A stretch of 57,333 nucleotides of DNA from Candidatus Omnitrophota bacterium (GCA_903861305.1 CAIOTT010000045.1:1-57333), one strand, 5' to 3'; shown: positions 31,855-41,016, counted from the stretch's first letter. Translations and numbers: made by a program. Notes: generated by a model from the letters alone, not told the origin.

Positions 31855-33706
31855 GACGGCCCTGGCCGCGCTGGCACTCACAGTGATCGTGTTCCTTGTG
31901 CTCCTCGGATCCTGGTGCCGTGTCTTTGAAAAGAACGAACTCGACACCCTAGACCTCAGGTTCCGCCTTCGCCCGCGGATCGCCCTGACCGACAAGGTCG
32001 CCATCATTGAGATCGATAACGCCACCATCAAACAACTCGGACAATTTCCTTTCCATCGCGGGTATCACGCGAAGCTCATCGACGCGCTTGCGGCAGCCGG
32101 CGCAAAAGCTGTCGTTTTCGATATGTTCTTCAGTGAACCCCGGGCCGGTGACAGCGACTTGCGTGAAGCGATCCAGGCGGCGGGGAACGTCTACCTGCCG
32201 TATGTCTTCGAGCTGGATCCTGTCAAGGGGAGCTCCCATGCTCATGCCGGCGCGTATGCCGCGCAAAATCTTCCTGACCTTGATGTCGCGGCCAGGGGCA
32301 CGGGGTACATCAATGTCATCGCGGACCCTGACGGAAAGTTCAGGAGGGTGCCCGCGCGCGTTCAATATCAGGGCAAAGGATATCTGCCGGTGTCGCTTCT
32401 GGTCAGCGGCGCTTTTCTGGGGGTTGATCCGGCCCGCCTCGATATCCCCCTTGACGAGAACGGGAACATGATCGTCAATTTTGCCGGAAAATGGACACGG
32501 TCCTACCGGCATTATTCTTTCGGCGAGATCCTGCGATCCCACGAGGCCAGGCTCTTGGGGAAAAGATCCTTACTTGACCTCGATGTGTTCAAAGGCAAGG
32601 TTTGCCTGGTCGGTTATACGGCTGACGGGACCACGGACATTCATCCAAGCCCGCTTGAAGCCCTTTATCCTTCCATTGGTATCCACGCCGATGTGTTCAA
32701 TGCCGTTATCCACAAGAGCTTTATTTCCAGGGTTCCCCGACCGGTGAACCTGGGCGTCCTGGCTTTCCTGCTGTTTTTGGTCGTCGCTGTTTCTTTAAAG
32801 GCCGCGCCCTTGCCGGGGTTCGGCCTGCTTGTTGAGATCATGGCGATATTCCTGATCCTGTGCAGCCTGCTCTTTAACAAGCTGGGCCTGTGGGTCGATG
32901 TTTTTTATCCCCTTGTTGCCATGTCACTGGCTTATGTCCTGTGCACGCTGTACAGGTCGATCGCGCATTTCAAGGAGAGGATCATCTTTGACAATGAGCT
33001 GAAGAACGCGAGGGAGATCCAGCAGAGTTTTGTTCCCGTCGTGTTGCCCGAGATCAAGGGTTTTGATATGGCGGCCGCGATGCTCACGGCCCGCGAGGTC
33101 GGCGGTGACCTGTACGATGTGCTCCGCTTCCGGGATGCCAAGGCGGGGGTCATGATCGGGGATGTGATGGGCAAGGGGTTCCCGGCCAGCCTTTTCATGG
33201 CCATGGTCGCGAGTTCTTTCAAGTTCTTCGCCCTGGAGGATACGGCCCCGGAGCGTACGCTTCTGGAGCTGAATGAAAAGATCATCCGGGAGGCCTCCTC
33301 GAACCGTTTCGTCACGCTGTTTTACAGTGTCTTTGACCTTGACCGGCGTGTCATGGCCTATGCCAACGGGGGGCATTTGCCGGTGCTGTATCTGGCCAAA
33401 GGCAGGGAGCCTGTCGTCCTCGATGTTGACGACGGCCTGCCGCTGGGCATGATGCAGGGAACGTATTCCGCCGGGGAGATAAAATTTGACCAGGGGGACA
33501 TCTTTGTTTATTATACGGACGGCATTACCGAGGCTGCTGACACGGCCAGGGAGATGTACGGCGTCCAGCGGTTGATGGCGTTCATCGCAAAGAACAGGAC
33601 GCTCGCCGCGCAGGCATTGGTCGATGAGATCATCAAGGACGTGCAGAAATTCATTGGTAAACGCAGTCAGCAGGATGACATCACGCTTGTCGTGATCAAG
33701 GTTTAG
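31835..33706 (+). CDS. CHASE2-domain PP2C (SpoIIE/RsbU-type) phosphatase
   Basis: Start ATG 31835. CHASE2 ([18 protein letters not shown]), 3 TM segments, [25 protein letters not shown]. Confidence 0.9.
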   Translation: MLKTRLKTALAALALTVIVFLVLLGSWCRVFEKNELDTLDLRFRLRPRIALTDKVAIIEIDNATIKQLGQFPFHRGYHAKLIDALAAAGAKAVVFDMFFSEPRAGDSDLREAIQAAGNVYLPYVFELDPVKGSSHAHAGAYAAQNLPDLDVAARGTGYINVIADPDGKFRRVPARVQYQGKGYLPVSLLVSGAFLGVDPARLDIPLDENGNMIVNFAGKWTRSYRHYSFGEILRSHEARLLGKRSLLDLDVFKGKVCLVGYTADGTTDIHPSPLEALYPSIGIHADVFNAVIHKSFISRVPRPVNLGVLAFLLFLVVAVSLKAAPLPGFGLLVEIMAIFLILCSLLFNKLGLWVDVFYPLVAMSLAYVLCTLYRSIAHFKERIIFDNELKNAREIQQSFVPVVLPEIKGFDMAAAMLTAREVGGDLYDVLRFRDAKAGVMIGDVMGKGFPASLFMAMVASSFKFFALEDTAPERTLLELNEKIIREASSNRFVTLFYSVFDLDRRVMAYANGGHLPVLYLAKGREPVVLDVDDGLPLGMMQGTYSAGEIKFDQGDIFVYYTDGITEAADTAREMYGVQRLMAFIAKNRTLAAQALVDEIIKDVQKFIGKRSQQDDITLVVIKV

Positions 33707-33725
33707 ACCAGGCGAGGAGCATATT

Positions 33726-34145
33726 GTGGCGTTAAGAATGATCATGGATGAGAGCGTGGGGTCGCAGCTGAACCTTGTAACCGGCTGTGTTGCGGGCGCT
33801 GTTAAAAAGCTGGAGGGCCTGGGCCTGGATGAGGCAACGTTATTCAACGTAAAGCTTTGCCTGCACGAGGCCTTGGTCAATGCCGTGAATCATGGCAACA
33901 AGTCAAACCGTGATCTGGCCGTCCGTGTTGTTATCAAGGCCGATGATCATGAAATTATTATCCAGGTCACGGACCAGGGCGAGGGCTTTGATTTCAGCCT
34001 GATCCCGGATCCGACCACGGAAGAAAATATCGGAAAATTCCATGGCCGCGGGATATTCCTGATCCAGAGTACGATGGATTCTGTCAGGTTCCTCGATGGC
34101 GGACGGACCATCAGCATGGTGAAGACTTTTAACAAGGGGATGTAA
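33726..34145 (+). CDS. Anti-sigma factor/Ser kinase (RsbW-like)
   Basis: EALVNAVNHGN, DQGEGFD, GRGIFLI. Confidence 0.9.
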   Translation: MALRMIMDESVGSQLNLVTGCVAGAVKKLEGLGLDEATLFNVKLCLHEALVNAVNHGNKSNRDLAVRVVIKADDHEIIIQVTDQGEGFDFSLIPDPTTEENIGKFHGRGIFLIQSTMDSVRFLDGGRTISMVKTFNKGM

Positions 34146-34147
34146 CG

Positions 34148-34480
34148 GTGGATATCGATCTCGAAAAGATCAATGACATCACGCTGGTGTCATTGAACGG
34201 TGAGCTCACGGTGGACAATACGCACCGTGTGCGTGAGGCGTTCAAGAAAATATTACTGGAAAAAAGGCCCAAGGTCCTCATTGATTTTGACAAGGTGCCC
34301 TTTGTGGACAGTTCGGGCATTGCCCTGTTGATCGAGATCGTCAAGGGGTTCGCCAAGATCAACGGACGCGCTTGCCTGTGCCATGTCAACAAGAAGATCG
34401 TGGCGGTTTTTGAGATCACGAAAGTCCACAAATTGTTCGGCATATACGACAGCCATGAAGACGCGTTGAGGAGTTTTTAA
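34148..34480 (+). CDS. STAS anti-sigma factor antagonist (RsbV-like)
   Basis: FVDSSGIALL phospho-Ser motif; 110 aa. Confidence 0.9.
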   Translation: MDIDLEKINDITLVSLNGELTVDNTHRVREAFKKILLEKRPKVLIDFDKVPFVDSSGIALLIEIVKGFAKINGRACLCHVNKKIVAVFEITKVHKLFGIYDSHEDALRSF

Positions 34481-34481
34481 G

Positions 34482-35255
34482 ATGACACAGGAAAAGAAGT
34501 CGCTCGAACAGCAGGCGCATGACCTGCTGGCAGAGGGGCAATACCAGCCGGCGGCCGAACTTTATTGGCAAGCCGCCAAGGGGTTCCAGCGCCTGGATAA
34601 GCATGATCGCGCCGCGATCTGCCTGGCGGCCTCGGCCAGCAGCCGTGGCTTGATCCTTGGAGAGAAGACGTTCCACCGCGTGGCGACCCTTTATGAGGAA
34701 GCGGCTAAAGAGGCCGAAGCGGCCCTGGACCTGGAGTATGCGTCCATGCTGTATAAATATGCCGCAGTCGCCTATGAACGGGATAATGACAATAATGACT
34801 TTTCTGATTGTTTCTTCAAGTCCAAAGAAACTTACCGCAAGTTTTTGCTGTATGACCTTTTCCAGGTAAGCAAGCCCAAGGACAAATCATCGCGGAGAAC
34901 ACTGGCATTCAGGTTTAAGCTACAACAGCTTTTTCCGTTCATCACGGTCACGATCGCGTCCATGGTGTGGGGGCATGGCGAGCGCCCGCATCGCACCGTA
35001 TATTTTGGTTTTGGGTTGATCCTGTTTTTCGCGATGATCTATGGTTTTGGACATTTTTCTGGCGATAACGGCCTGGTCCATCCGGGGTTTTTGCAGCTCG
35101 TTTATTTCAGTTTTACCACCTACACTAAAGTTGGGCCTGAAAAATTGTCACCTGTTGGATTCAACCAGGTTGTAGCCGTTATTGAAGCCTTTGTCGGTAT
35201 TTTTACGATCCCTCTGTATCTCACCGGTCTTTGCCGCAAATATCTCAGGTATTAA
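34482..35255 (+). CDS. Helical-repeat protein with C-terminal Ion_trans_2-like (2TM + pore) domain
   Basis: TPR/SNAP-like N-terminus; WGHGERP..., YFSFTTYTKVG, EAFVG. Confidence 0.65.
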   Translation: MTQEKKSLEQQAHDLLAEGQYQPAAELYWQAAKGFQRLDKHDRAAICLAASASSRGLILGEKTFHRVATLYEEAAKEAEAALDLEYASMLYKYAAVAYERDNDNNDFSDCFFKSKETYRKFLLYDLFQVSKPKDKSSRRTLAFRFKLQQLFPFITVTIASMVWGHGERPHRTVYFGFGLILFFAMIYGFGHFSGDNGLVHPGFLQLVYFSFTTYTKVGPEKLSPVGFNQVVAVIEAFVGIFTIPLYLTGLCRKYLRY

Positions 35256-35261
35256 ACACCG

Positions 35262-36227
35262 ATGGATTCAACAATTTCAACAAAATTGAAGGAGTATTAT
35301 GAGGCGAGGTCGTTTTTTGGGACCACGGTGTGGATCCATTGTTTCCATGAGGCCGCCCTTGACATAGCGCCCGTGGCCAGGGCTTGCTGGCAAAAGGCCC
35401 AGAGGATCCAGGACAATATGAATGTCTATGCACAGGCTGAGGCCGGTAACCTGGCATGGCTTAACAGTTTCGGGCATCAGGGCGTGCGCGTTCAGGAAGA
35501 TGTTTTCAAGATCCTCAAACTTTCGCTGGAACATATGCGCCTGACCCATGGGGCGTATGATGTTACGATCTTTCCCCTGGTCCAATTGTGGAAGGCTGCG
35601 GCCAAAGAAGGCCGGCTTCCTTCCAACGATCTTGTCGCTGGCGTTAAAGCCAACGTCGGCTATCAGCAAATCCTGCTTCAGGATCCGGACCTTGTGTTCT
35701 TTTTGAAGAAAGGAGTGATGGTCGATCTTGGGTCTCCGGCATCAGGATATTTCTGCGATGAAGTGGCCAGGATCATGGATGCCGCCGAAATTCAACATTT
35801 TATGATTGATGGCGGGGGAGAGATCTTTTGCCGGGGTAAGGACAAAGGCGGCATCCCCTGGCGTGTGGGGGTGCAGGACCCTTTTGACAAGAACAAGCTT
35901 GTCACCATGCTGGAACTGGATGGCAAGGGGGTTTCAACCTCCGGCAGTTACGAGAAGTTCTCTTTGATCGAAGGCCGTCAATTCGCGCACATCATTGACC
36001 CTGCCTCCGGGTATCCCCAGGAAGGCGCGGCGAGTGCCACGGTCATCGCCGCAACAACGCAGATCGCCAATGAATTATCAACGGCTTTCTGTGTTCTGGG
36101 TGGCGCCAGGTCGGTTGAGTTGGCGGTCGCACTGGGAAATGTTGAAGCGCTAGTCATTGAGAACAATAATGGCGTGATCACCCGATATCAGACAGCCTGT
36201 TTCTGCGGCCCAGCGACGGAAATATAA
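35262..36227 (+). CDS. apbE: FAD:protein FMN transferase (ApbE family)
   Basis: GAYDVT..PL..LW, DGGGEI, WRVGVQDP, STSGSYE, HIIDP.SGYP, LSTA; no obvious signal peptide. Confidence 0.9.
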   Translation: MDSTISTKLKEYYEARSFFGTTVWIHCFHEAALDIAPVARACWQKAQRIQDNMNVYAQAEAGNLAWLNSFGHQGVRVQEDVFKILKLSLEHMRLTHGAYDVTIFPLVQLWKAAAKEGRLPSNDLVAGVKANVGYQQILLQDPDLVFFLKKGVMVDLGSPASGYFCDEVARIMDAAEIQHFMIDGGGEIFCRGKDKGGIPWRVGVQDPFDKNKLVTMLELDGKGVSTSGSYEKFSLIEGRQFAHIIDPASGYPQEGAASATVIAATTQIANELSTAFCVLGGARSVELAVALGNVEALVIENNNGVITRYQTACFCGPATEI

Positions 36228-36267
36228 CGGCATTGCCCCTCCCGTATCAAATTCAACAATTTCAACA
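35266..36267 (+). repeat. 17-bp direct repeat ATTCAACAATTTCAACA at 35266-35282 and 36251-36267
   Basis: Exact match read from the sequence. Each copy holds two TTCAACA units 9 bp apart. Confidence 0.8.
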
Positions 36268-36304
36268 TTATCGCATTTATTTTCTCCCTTCCGGGAAAAA
36301 TTCC

Positions 36305-36334
36305 TTAACATATTTCCATCTTGATTGGTATACT
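36305..36334 (+). promoter_or_regulatory. Putative sigma70 promoter upstream of the HTH gene and magnetosome cluster
   Basis: TTAACA (36305-36310), 18 bp spacer, TGG-TATACT (extended -10, 36329-36334) in an AT-rich intergenic region. Confidence 0.5.
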
Positions 36335-36456
36335 CTCAAACATTCAAATTTGCTTTATTGAGAACGTGTTGCAAGGCTGATTATTACTGACACTTAAGTC
36401 ATTAGTTCGCATCAAGATAAATTCAGTTATTACATTTCGAAATAAGGCAGTCATCC

Positions 36457-36798
36457 ATCATATCCCAAAGCAGATCAACCCAGTTTTTTACCACCTCTGA
36501 AGCCGCAAAATTGTTGAATGTCACGCGCTTTACTGTGCTCAACTGGATCAAGCAGGGCAAGCTTAATGCGCAAGCGACACTTGGCGGCCACAAGCGCATC
36601 TCCCGTGAAGCCCTTGAAACTCTCCTAAAGCAGTGCCGATCTTCTAAAGGCGCGCCCGCTGAATTTGCCGGCATCAGCCGAAAAGATCCCATTCCCGGAA
36701 TGTTGAAAAAGAGCGCGTTTGTTTCCGGTAAATATATCGCTTCGTTGAAAAGCCGGGTTTCCCAATATTCTGGCCTGAGTTTTTTGAATAACAAATGA
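36457..36798 (+). CDS. Excisionase/MerR-like HTH_17 DNA-binding protein (start uncertain)
   Basis: QFFTTSEAAKLLNVTRFTVLNWIKQGKL...TLGGHKRI. The motif begins upstream of the first TTG (36511); candidate starts are ATC 36457 and ATA 36460. Confidence 0.75.
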   Translation: MISQSRSTQFFTTSEAAKLLNVTRFTVLNWIKQGKLNAQATLGGHKRISREALETLLKQCRSSKGAPAEFAGISRKDPIPGMLKKSAFVSGKYIASLKSRVSQYSGLSFLNNK

Positions 36799-36833
36799 AT
36801 AACGGTCTAGTCAATAACGGAAGGAGCAGTTAA

Positions 36834-37004
36834 ATGGTACATATTATCGGTGGCGCCATTGCAGGCGTGCTTGGGTTGGTCGGGATCATCGGGTGGTGGG
36901 ACAATTTCGGGGATTTCCTCCGCGGTAGTATCCCGCTTGCGCTTTTCATTGGCGGTCTTATCGCGATCAACACCGGCATGAAATTCCTCAAAGAGAAGAA
37001 GTGA
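36834..37004 (+). CDS. mamI: Magnetosome membrane protein MamI (56 aa; not in ORF track)
   Basis: SD AAGGAG; MVHIIGGAIAGVLGLVGIIGWWDNFGDFLRGSIPLALFIGGLIAINTGMKFLKEKK matches the MamI WW...FLRG..P...GL.A signature. Confidence 0.88.
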   Translation: MVHIIGGAIAGVLGLVGIIGWWDNFGDFLRGSIPLALFIGGLIAINTGMKFLKEKK

Positions 37005-37010
37005 TCACGT

Positions 37011-37238
37011 ATGATCGGCAAGAGCGACAAATGCTTTAGTCCGTGGTACGGGTATCTTGTTATCCTGATCGTGTGCATCGTGATCGCCAGTGCGATCTTT
37101 TTTGAATTCAATGGCAGCCGCCGCAGCCGGGTCCGCCACAAGAGAGTCCCCAAGGTTACGGCCATGCAACCTGTGGCTTTACCGGTATCTGATGAGCAAG
37201 GCGGGATCGATACCGCCAAAGGCAAAGTTCTTTTTTGA
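37011..37238 (+). CDS. Small single-TM hypothetical protein in magnetosome cluster
   Basis: 75 aa, one TM segment, basic stretch, between mamI and mamE. Confidence 0.65.
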   Translation: MIGKSDKCFSPWYGYLVILIVCIVIASAIFFEFNGSRRSRVRHKRVPKVTAMQPVALPVSDEQGGIDTAKGKVLF

Positions 37239-37261
37239 TCTGATGGAGTCGCGGAGTCAAT

Positions 37262-38641
37262 ATGCCTGAAGAGAATAACGAAGAATTTTGTCACCAGCCG
37301 CTGGGCCCGTGGATCATCACGCTGGTCGTGGTGTCACTGCTGTCGGTCATGTGGGTGATCTTCCGCAGGGAAGACATCTTCAAGCCGGTTGAGATCAATC
37401 CGCCCGAATTACCCAAGAAGATCCTTTCTACAGTGGGTGAACCGTCATTCCCCAAAGGTGTGACCCAGGCGGCGGCTAATACCGCTGTGGTGGACCAGAA
37501 TTACAAGGCAGCAGCCATCACCAAGGCCACGCCCAACGGCGGCATGCAGCTTGTGGCCAATCAGGTCAATGGCGGTGGTTTCCAGAATTCCCTTAAGGAC
37601 GCGGTCAATGCCATTATTCCCACCGTGTGCGATATCCATGCCCGGCGCATCGGGCGCGCGACACCCAGGACCGCGCAGAACGCTCAGAATTTGAAGTTCG
37701 TCCCTCCCTTTGACGGCGTTATTGATAAATTTGTCGCGAACAAAGGTTATGAGAAGATCGGTTCCGGAGTTTTTGTGGATGACCGCGGTTATGTGTTGAC
37801 GAATTACCACGTGACCATGGACGCCACGGATGTTATCGTCACGGTCTTTGATAACCCGGCCAAGGATTATCATGCCGATATTGTCGCGCAGGACCCGAAC
37901 CTTGACCTGGCCATCCTCAAGCTGCGCGCGGACGGCCCGTTCCCGGAAGCCAAGGTCGGGGATTCGAGCTGGACGCAGGTCGGCGATTATGTGGTGGCCG
38001 TGGGCAGCCCTTTCGGCATCGAGCAGACCGTGACCAGCGGCATCATCAGCGGTATCCGCAAGTCCCTTGTTATCGAGGGCGTCCGCTACCAGAACCTTTT
38101 CCAGACCGACGCGCCCATCAACCGCGGTTCTTCCGGCGGCCCTTTGGTGAATTTGCAGGGAGAGTTGATCGGGATCAATTCAGCCATTTACGCGCCCACG
38201 GGAGTATTTAGCGGGACCGGGTTCGCCATTCCCATCAACGATTGCAAAGATTTTCTCGGCACGACGCTTGGCCGCAACTACGCGGTCCCTGTTGACCAGA
38301 AGGGTATGACGACGGTCGCCTTGACCAAGTTCAGCCACCTGGCGCCCGGGCCGTTGCCGGTCCATTTCGGCATTGAGGTCATGGAAGTCAATCCGGTCAT
38401 CGCGCGGCAGTTTGGGATAGCCACGAACCAGGGTGTCCTGGTCAATCGCATCATCGACGAGTCTCCGGCCAGTTTTGCGGGTATCCAGCGTGGTGACGTA
38501 ATCGTTGCGGTCGCGGGCGTTCCTGTCACGGACAAGGCAGATATCCCCAAGATCGTGGCTCATTTTAAAACAGGCGACAATGTCAACGTGCGTTTTCTCA
38601 GGAACGGGAAACAGAATGAAGTTCTGGTGAAGCTACAATGA
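37262..38641 (+). CDS. mamE: HtrA-type serine protease with PDZ, MamE-like
   Basis: TM anchor; triad LTNYHV / DLAIL / INRGSSGGPL; one C-terminal PDZ; cluster context. No CxxCH. Confidence 0.85.
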   Translation: MPEENNEEFCHQPLGPWIITLVVVSLLSVMWVIFRREDIFKPVEINPPELPKKILSTVGEPSFPKGVTQAAANTAVVDQNYKAAAITKATPNGGMQLVANQVNGGGFQNSLKDAVNAIIPTVCDIHARRIGRATPRTAQNAQNLKFVPPFDGVIDKFVANKGYEKIGSGVFVDDRGYVLTNYHVTMDATDVIVTVFDNPAKDYHADIVAQDPNLDLAILKLRADGPFPEAKVGDSSWTQVGDYVVAVGSPFGIEQTVTSGIISGIRKSLVIEGVRYQNLFQTDAPINRGSSGGPLVNLQGELIGINSAIYAPTGVFSGTGFAIPINDCKDFLGTTLGRNYAVPVDQKGMTTVALTKFSHLAPGPLPVHFGIEVMEVNPVIARQFGIATNQGVLVNRIIDESPASFAGIQRGDVIVAVAGVPVTDKADIPKIVAHFKTGDNVNVRFLRNGKQNEVLVKLQ

Positions 38642-39237
38642 AAAAGAAACACGCCGTGATCCATACCGTGAAAAGCCATAAGGACCAGGTCATCGACTTC
38701 GCGAAGAAGAACCCTGTGATCCTGGCCGGTATCGTTATCATGGCGGCCCTGATCCTTTCATCCTATGTTTCATACTTGAGAGCGCAGGAGATCCTTCCTG
38801 AGACCCAGGCAGCGGCAGGTGCGCCAAAACCTTTACGCACGGGAGCAGGTGATACGTTCAGCTGGCTGGGCATGGAAGTCGCGCCGCTTTCGAATATGCT
38901 GCGCAAAGAGTTCACCATCCCCGGAAAGATCAGGGGGATGTTCGTGCTCGACGAAGGCAAAGATCTGGCCTTCCAGTACGGGCTTAAGACCGCAGATGTG
39001 ATCGTGTCGATCAGCCGTCAAAATGTCGCTACAGCCAAAGATTTTATCCGCGCCGCCAATGGTGTCCGGTTCAGGGAAGGCATCGTGATGGATGTTTATC
39101 GCAATGGGCAGAATTTATACATCACGATCCCTTTTAGTTATCAGTACGGGCCTCTCATGGGGCCGAACAAAGGTACATGGCAGCTGGGTTCGCCGGTCTT
39201 CGGACAAAGCGTGCAGTACGGGCCGGTTTTTAGATAA
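38638..39237 (+). CDS. Membrane-anchored PDZ protein (MamE/MamP-type PDZ)
   Basis: TM segment; FSWLGMEVAPL..., GLKTADVIVSI; ATGA overlap with mamE. Confidence 0.75.
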   Translation: MKKKHAVIHTVKSHKDQVIDFAKKNPVILAGIVIMAALILSSYVSYLRAQEILPETQAAAGAPKPLRTGAGDTFSWLGMEVAPLSNMLRKEFTIPGKIRGMFVLDEGKDLAFQYGLKTADVIVSISRQNVATAKDFIRAANGVRFREGIVMDVYRNGQNLYITIPFSYQYGPLMGPNKGTWQLGSPVFGQSVQYGPVFR

Positions 39238-39285
39238 TTGTCAAGCGTTCCCTCCGTCGAAAGGAGGGGGCATGGAAAGGGATGT

Positions 39286-40704
39286 ATGGTCACAAAACCA
39301 CAGCGCGTCGCAGGTTTTTCGCTTGAGGAATTCACCTCACGGTTCAAGGAGGCGGACCTCAACACATTCTTTATTTTCGGCGCGATCATCCTGATCCTTA
39401 TCATAGGTGGTTACGCGCTCTTCTCAGCGGATTCACGCAATGCCGCCAAGGGCAATCCCGCCTGCGGTAAGATCGTTATCGCTGCGGATGGTTTTTCTCT
39501 GGCGTCCAACGTGTCTGCCACGTTATCTGACGCGCGCTATTTCCTGGTGGTCGATCCTTTGACCCGGAAGCTCGTCGATTCGATCAAGAACCCCTACCGC
39601 GGCCAGCAGAACACCCAACTTGTTTATTTGATCGCCGGTAAAGGCGAAGAAGCTGTGATCGTTGGCAGTATCGATCAGCAGAGTTATGACATCCTTGGTC
39701 AATTCGGTATCAGGGTTTTTGGCGGGTATCAGGGCCGGGCGCAGAAAGTTGTCAGGCTTTATCGCGAAGCCAGGATCGCCGCTACCCCGCAGCCAATGGA
39801 TGCTAACGTGCAGGGCTTTCCCATGGCGCAACAGGTCCGAGGGATGGGCCAGGGAATGAACGCGCAGGGTGCGGGGATGGGAATGTACCAGCCATGTCCG
39901 ATGCCGACCAGGGCTATGGTGAACGGGATGGGCATGGGGCTTGGAACGCAGGTCATGCAGGGTGCCGGTGCGTATCCGCCTTGCCCTTTGCCAACCAGGG
40001 CGATGGGCAATGGCATGGGGTATGGCATGCAAGTCATGCAGCCACCAGCGGTAAATAATTATCCTGCGGCAAATCAGGTTGGCTTGTTTGGTTGGGGGCA
40101 ACAGGCCTTTGTTTGCCCTACCTGCAACTGGCGTATGAAAGCATCCCGACAGGGAAACAGTTTTCCTCGTTGTCCTAATTGCGGCGGTTCAATGGCGTTG
40201 GATATGCCAAATCAGAACAATGAGGCGACCATAATTCCGGAAGGCATGTGGGCGGCCAATACACCAGCGATGGTCCCTCAATATAATCAAGGGGCTGTCC
40301 AATACAACCAAATGTTCGCTCAACAAAACTTGCCCCAGCAGGGCGCTGATTTGACAGGGGCGTTCCTTTGCCCGAATTGCAACTGGCGTATGTACTCCCA
40401 GCAGGGGGCGAACGAGTTTCCGCAATGCCCGAATTGCGGGCAGATCATGGCGCGGGCAGGTAATAGCGCTCGGGTTGTCAATAATGCTGCGCAGGTCGCT
40501 TTCGCGCCTGCGGCCGCGGTGGCGCAGCAACCCGCGGCTGATAATGCGCCCCCAATTCCGGCTGATGCGCAAATGACGCACGCGTATCGCGGGGTTTGTA
40601 CGAATTGCCATCAGATATCGCCTTCCACAGTTGGGGCTCAGGCGCAGAATTTTCCAAGCCCGGCGCAGGATAGAGCGCGTATGGCCATCGGCGGCGGTAA
40701 ATAA
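39286..40704 (+). CDS. Membrane protein with NifB/NifX-like domain, two Zn-ribbon repeats and a magnetochrome (CxxCH) domain
   Basis: KIVIAADG...ARYFLVVD...AVIVGSI (NifX-like); CPTC...CPNC and CPNC...CPNC; PPIPADAQMTHAYRGVCTNCHQI. Start uncertain. Confidence 0.75.
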   Translation: MVTKPQRVAGFSLEEFTSRFKEADLNTFFIFGAIILILIIGGYALFSADSRNAAKGNPACGKIVIAADGFSLASNVSATLSDARYFLVVDPLTRKLVDSIKNPYRGQQNTQLVYLIAGKGEEAVIVGSIDQQSYDILGQFGIRVFGGYQGRAQKVVRLYREARIAATPQPMDANVQGFPMAQQVRGMGQGMNAQGAGMGMYQPCPMPTRAMVNGMGMGLGTQVMQGAGAYPPCPLPTRAMGNGMGYGMQVMQPPAVNNYPAANQVGLFGWGQQAFVCPTCNWRMKASRQGNSFPRCPNCGGSMALDMPNQNNEATIIPEGMWAANTPAMVPQYNQGAVQYNQMFAQQNLPQQGADLTGAFLCPNCNWRMYSQQGANEFPQCPNCGQIMARAGNSARVVNNAAQVAFAPAAAVAQQPAADNAPPIPADAQMTHAYRGVCTNCHQISPSTVGAQAQNFPSPAQDRARMAIGGGK

Positions 40705-40740
40705 TCATGGAATTCACAAACCGGAACAGAAAGGTGAGAT

Positions 40741-41004
40741 ATGGCCAGTAAGCCCATCCTTTGCATGCATTGCAATGGTGAGATGCAACTTTATACGGGG
40801 CCGCGCTATAACAGGAAAGTCGCTGGTTTCCTGATCCTCGGCGGGCTTTTTGCCACCCTGTTCTGGATCGGTGCGGTCCTTGGTATCCCTCTCATCCTGA
40901 TCGGTCTTTATATGATGGGTTCAAAACGAGACCTCTGGGTCTGCAAGGATTGCAGCAGCGCTATTGAACGGATCAAGCTCAACCCTGAAACGATCGGTAA
41001 ATAG
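40741..41004 (+). CDS. LITAF-like zinc-ribbon membrane protein
   Basis: CMHC, then a ~30-aa hydrophobic hairpin, then CKDC; SD AAGGTGAG. Confidence 0.7.
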   Translation: MASKPILCMHCNGEMQLYTGPRYNRKVAGFLILGGLFATLFWIGAVLGIPLILIGLYMMGSKRDLWVCKDCSSAIERIKLNPETIGK

Positions 41005-41016
41005 CCTAACAAATCT

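Noticed and set aside
36457-36798. Excisionase-like gene as evidence of a prophage or ICE
   Set aside because: No integrase, tRNA, att context or phage genes in the window; HTH_17 proteins are often plain regulators.
39272-39394. ATG after a strong AAGGAGGGGG, giving a 40-aa out-of-frame peptide
   Set aside because: SD spacing is short, the peptide has no features and it overlaps the 39286 gene; cannot be supported.
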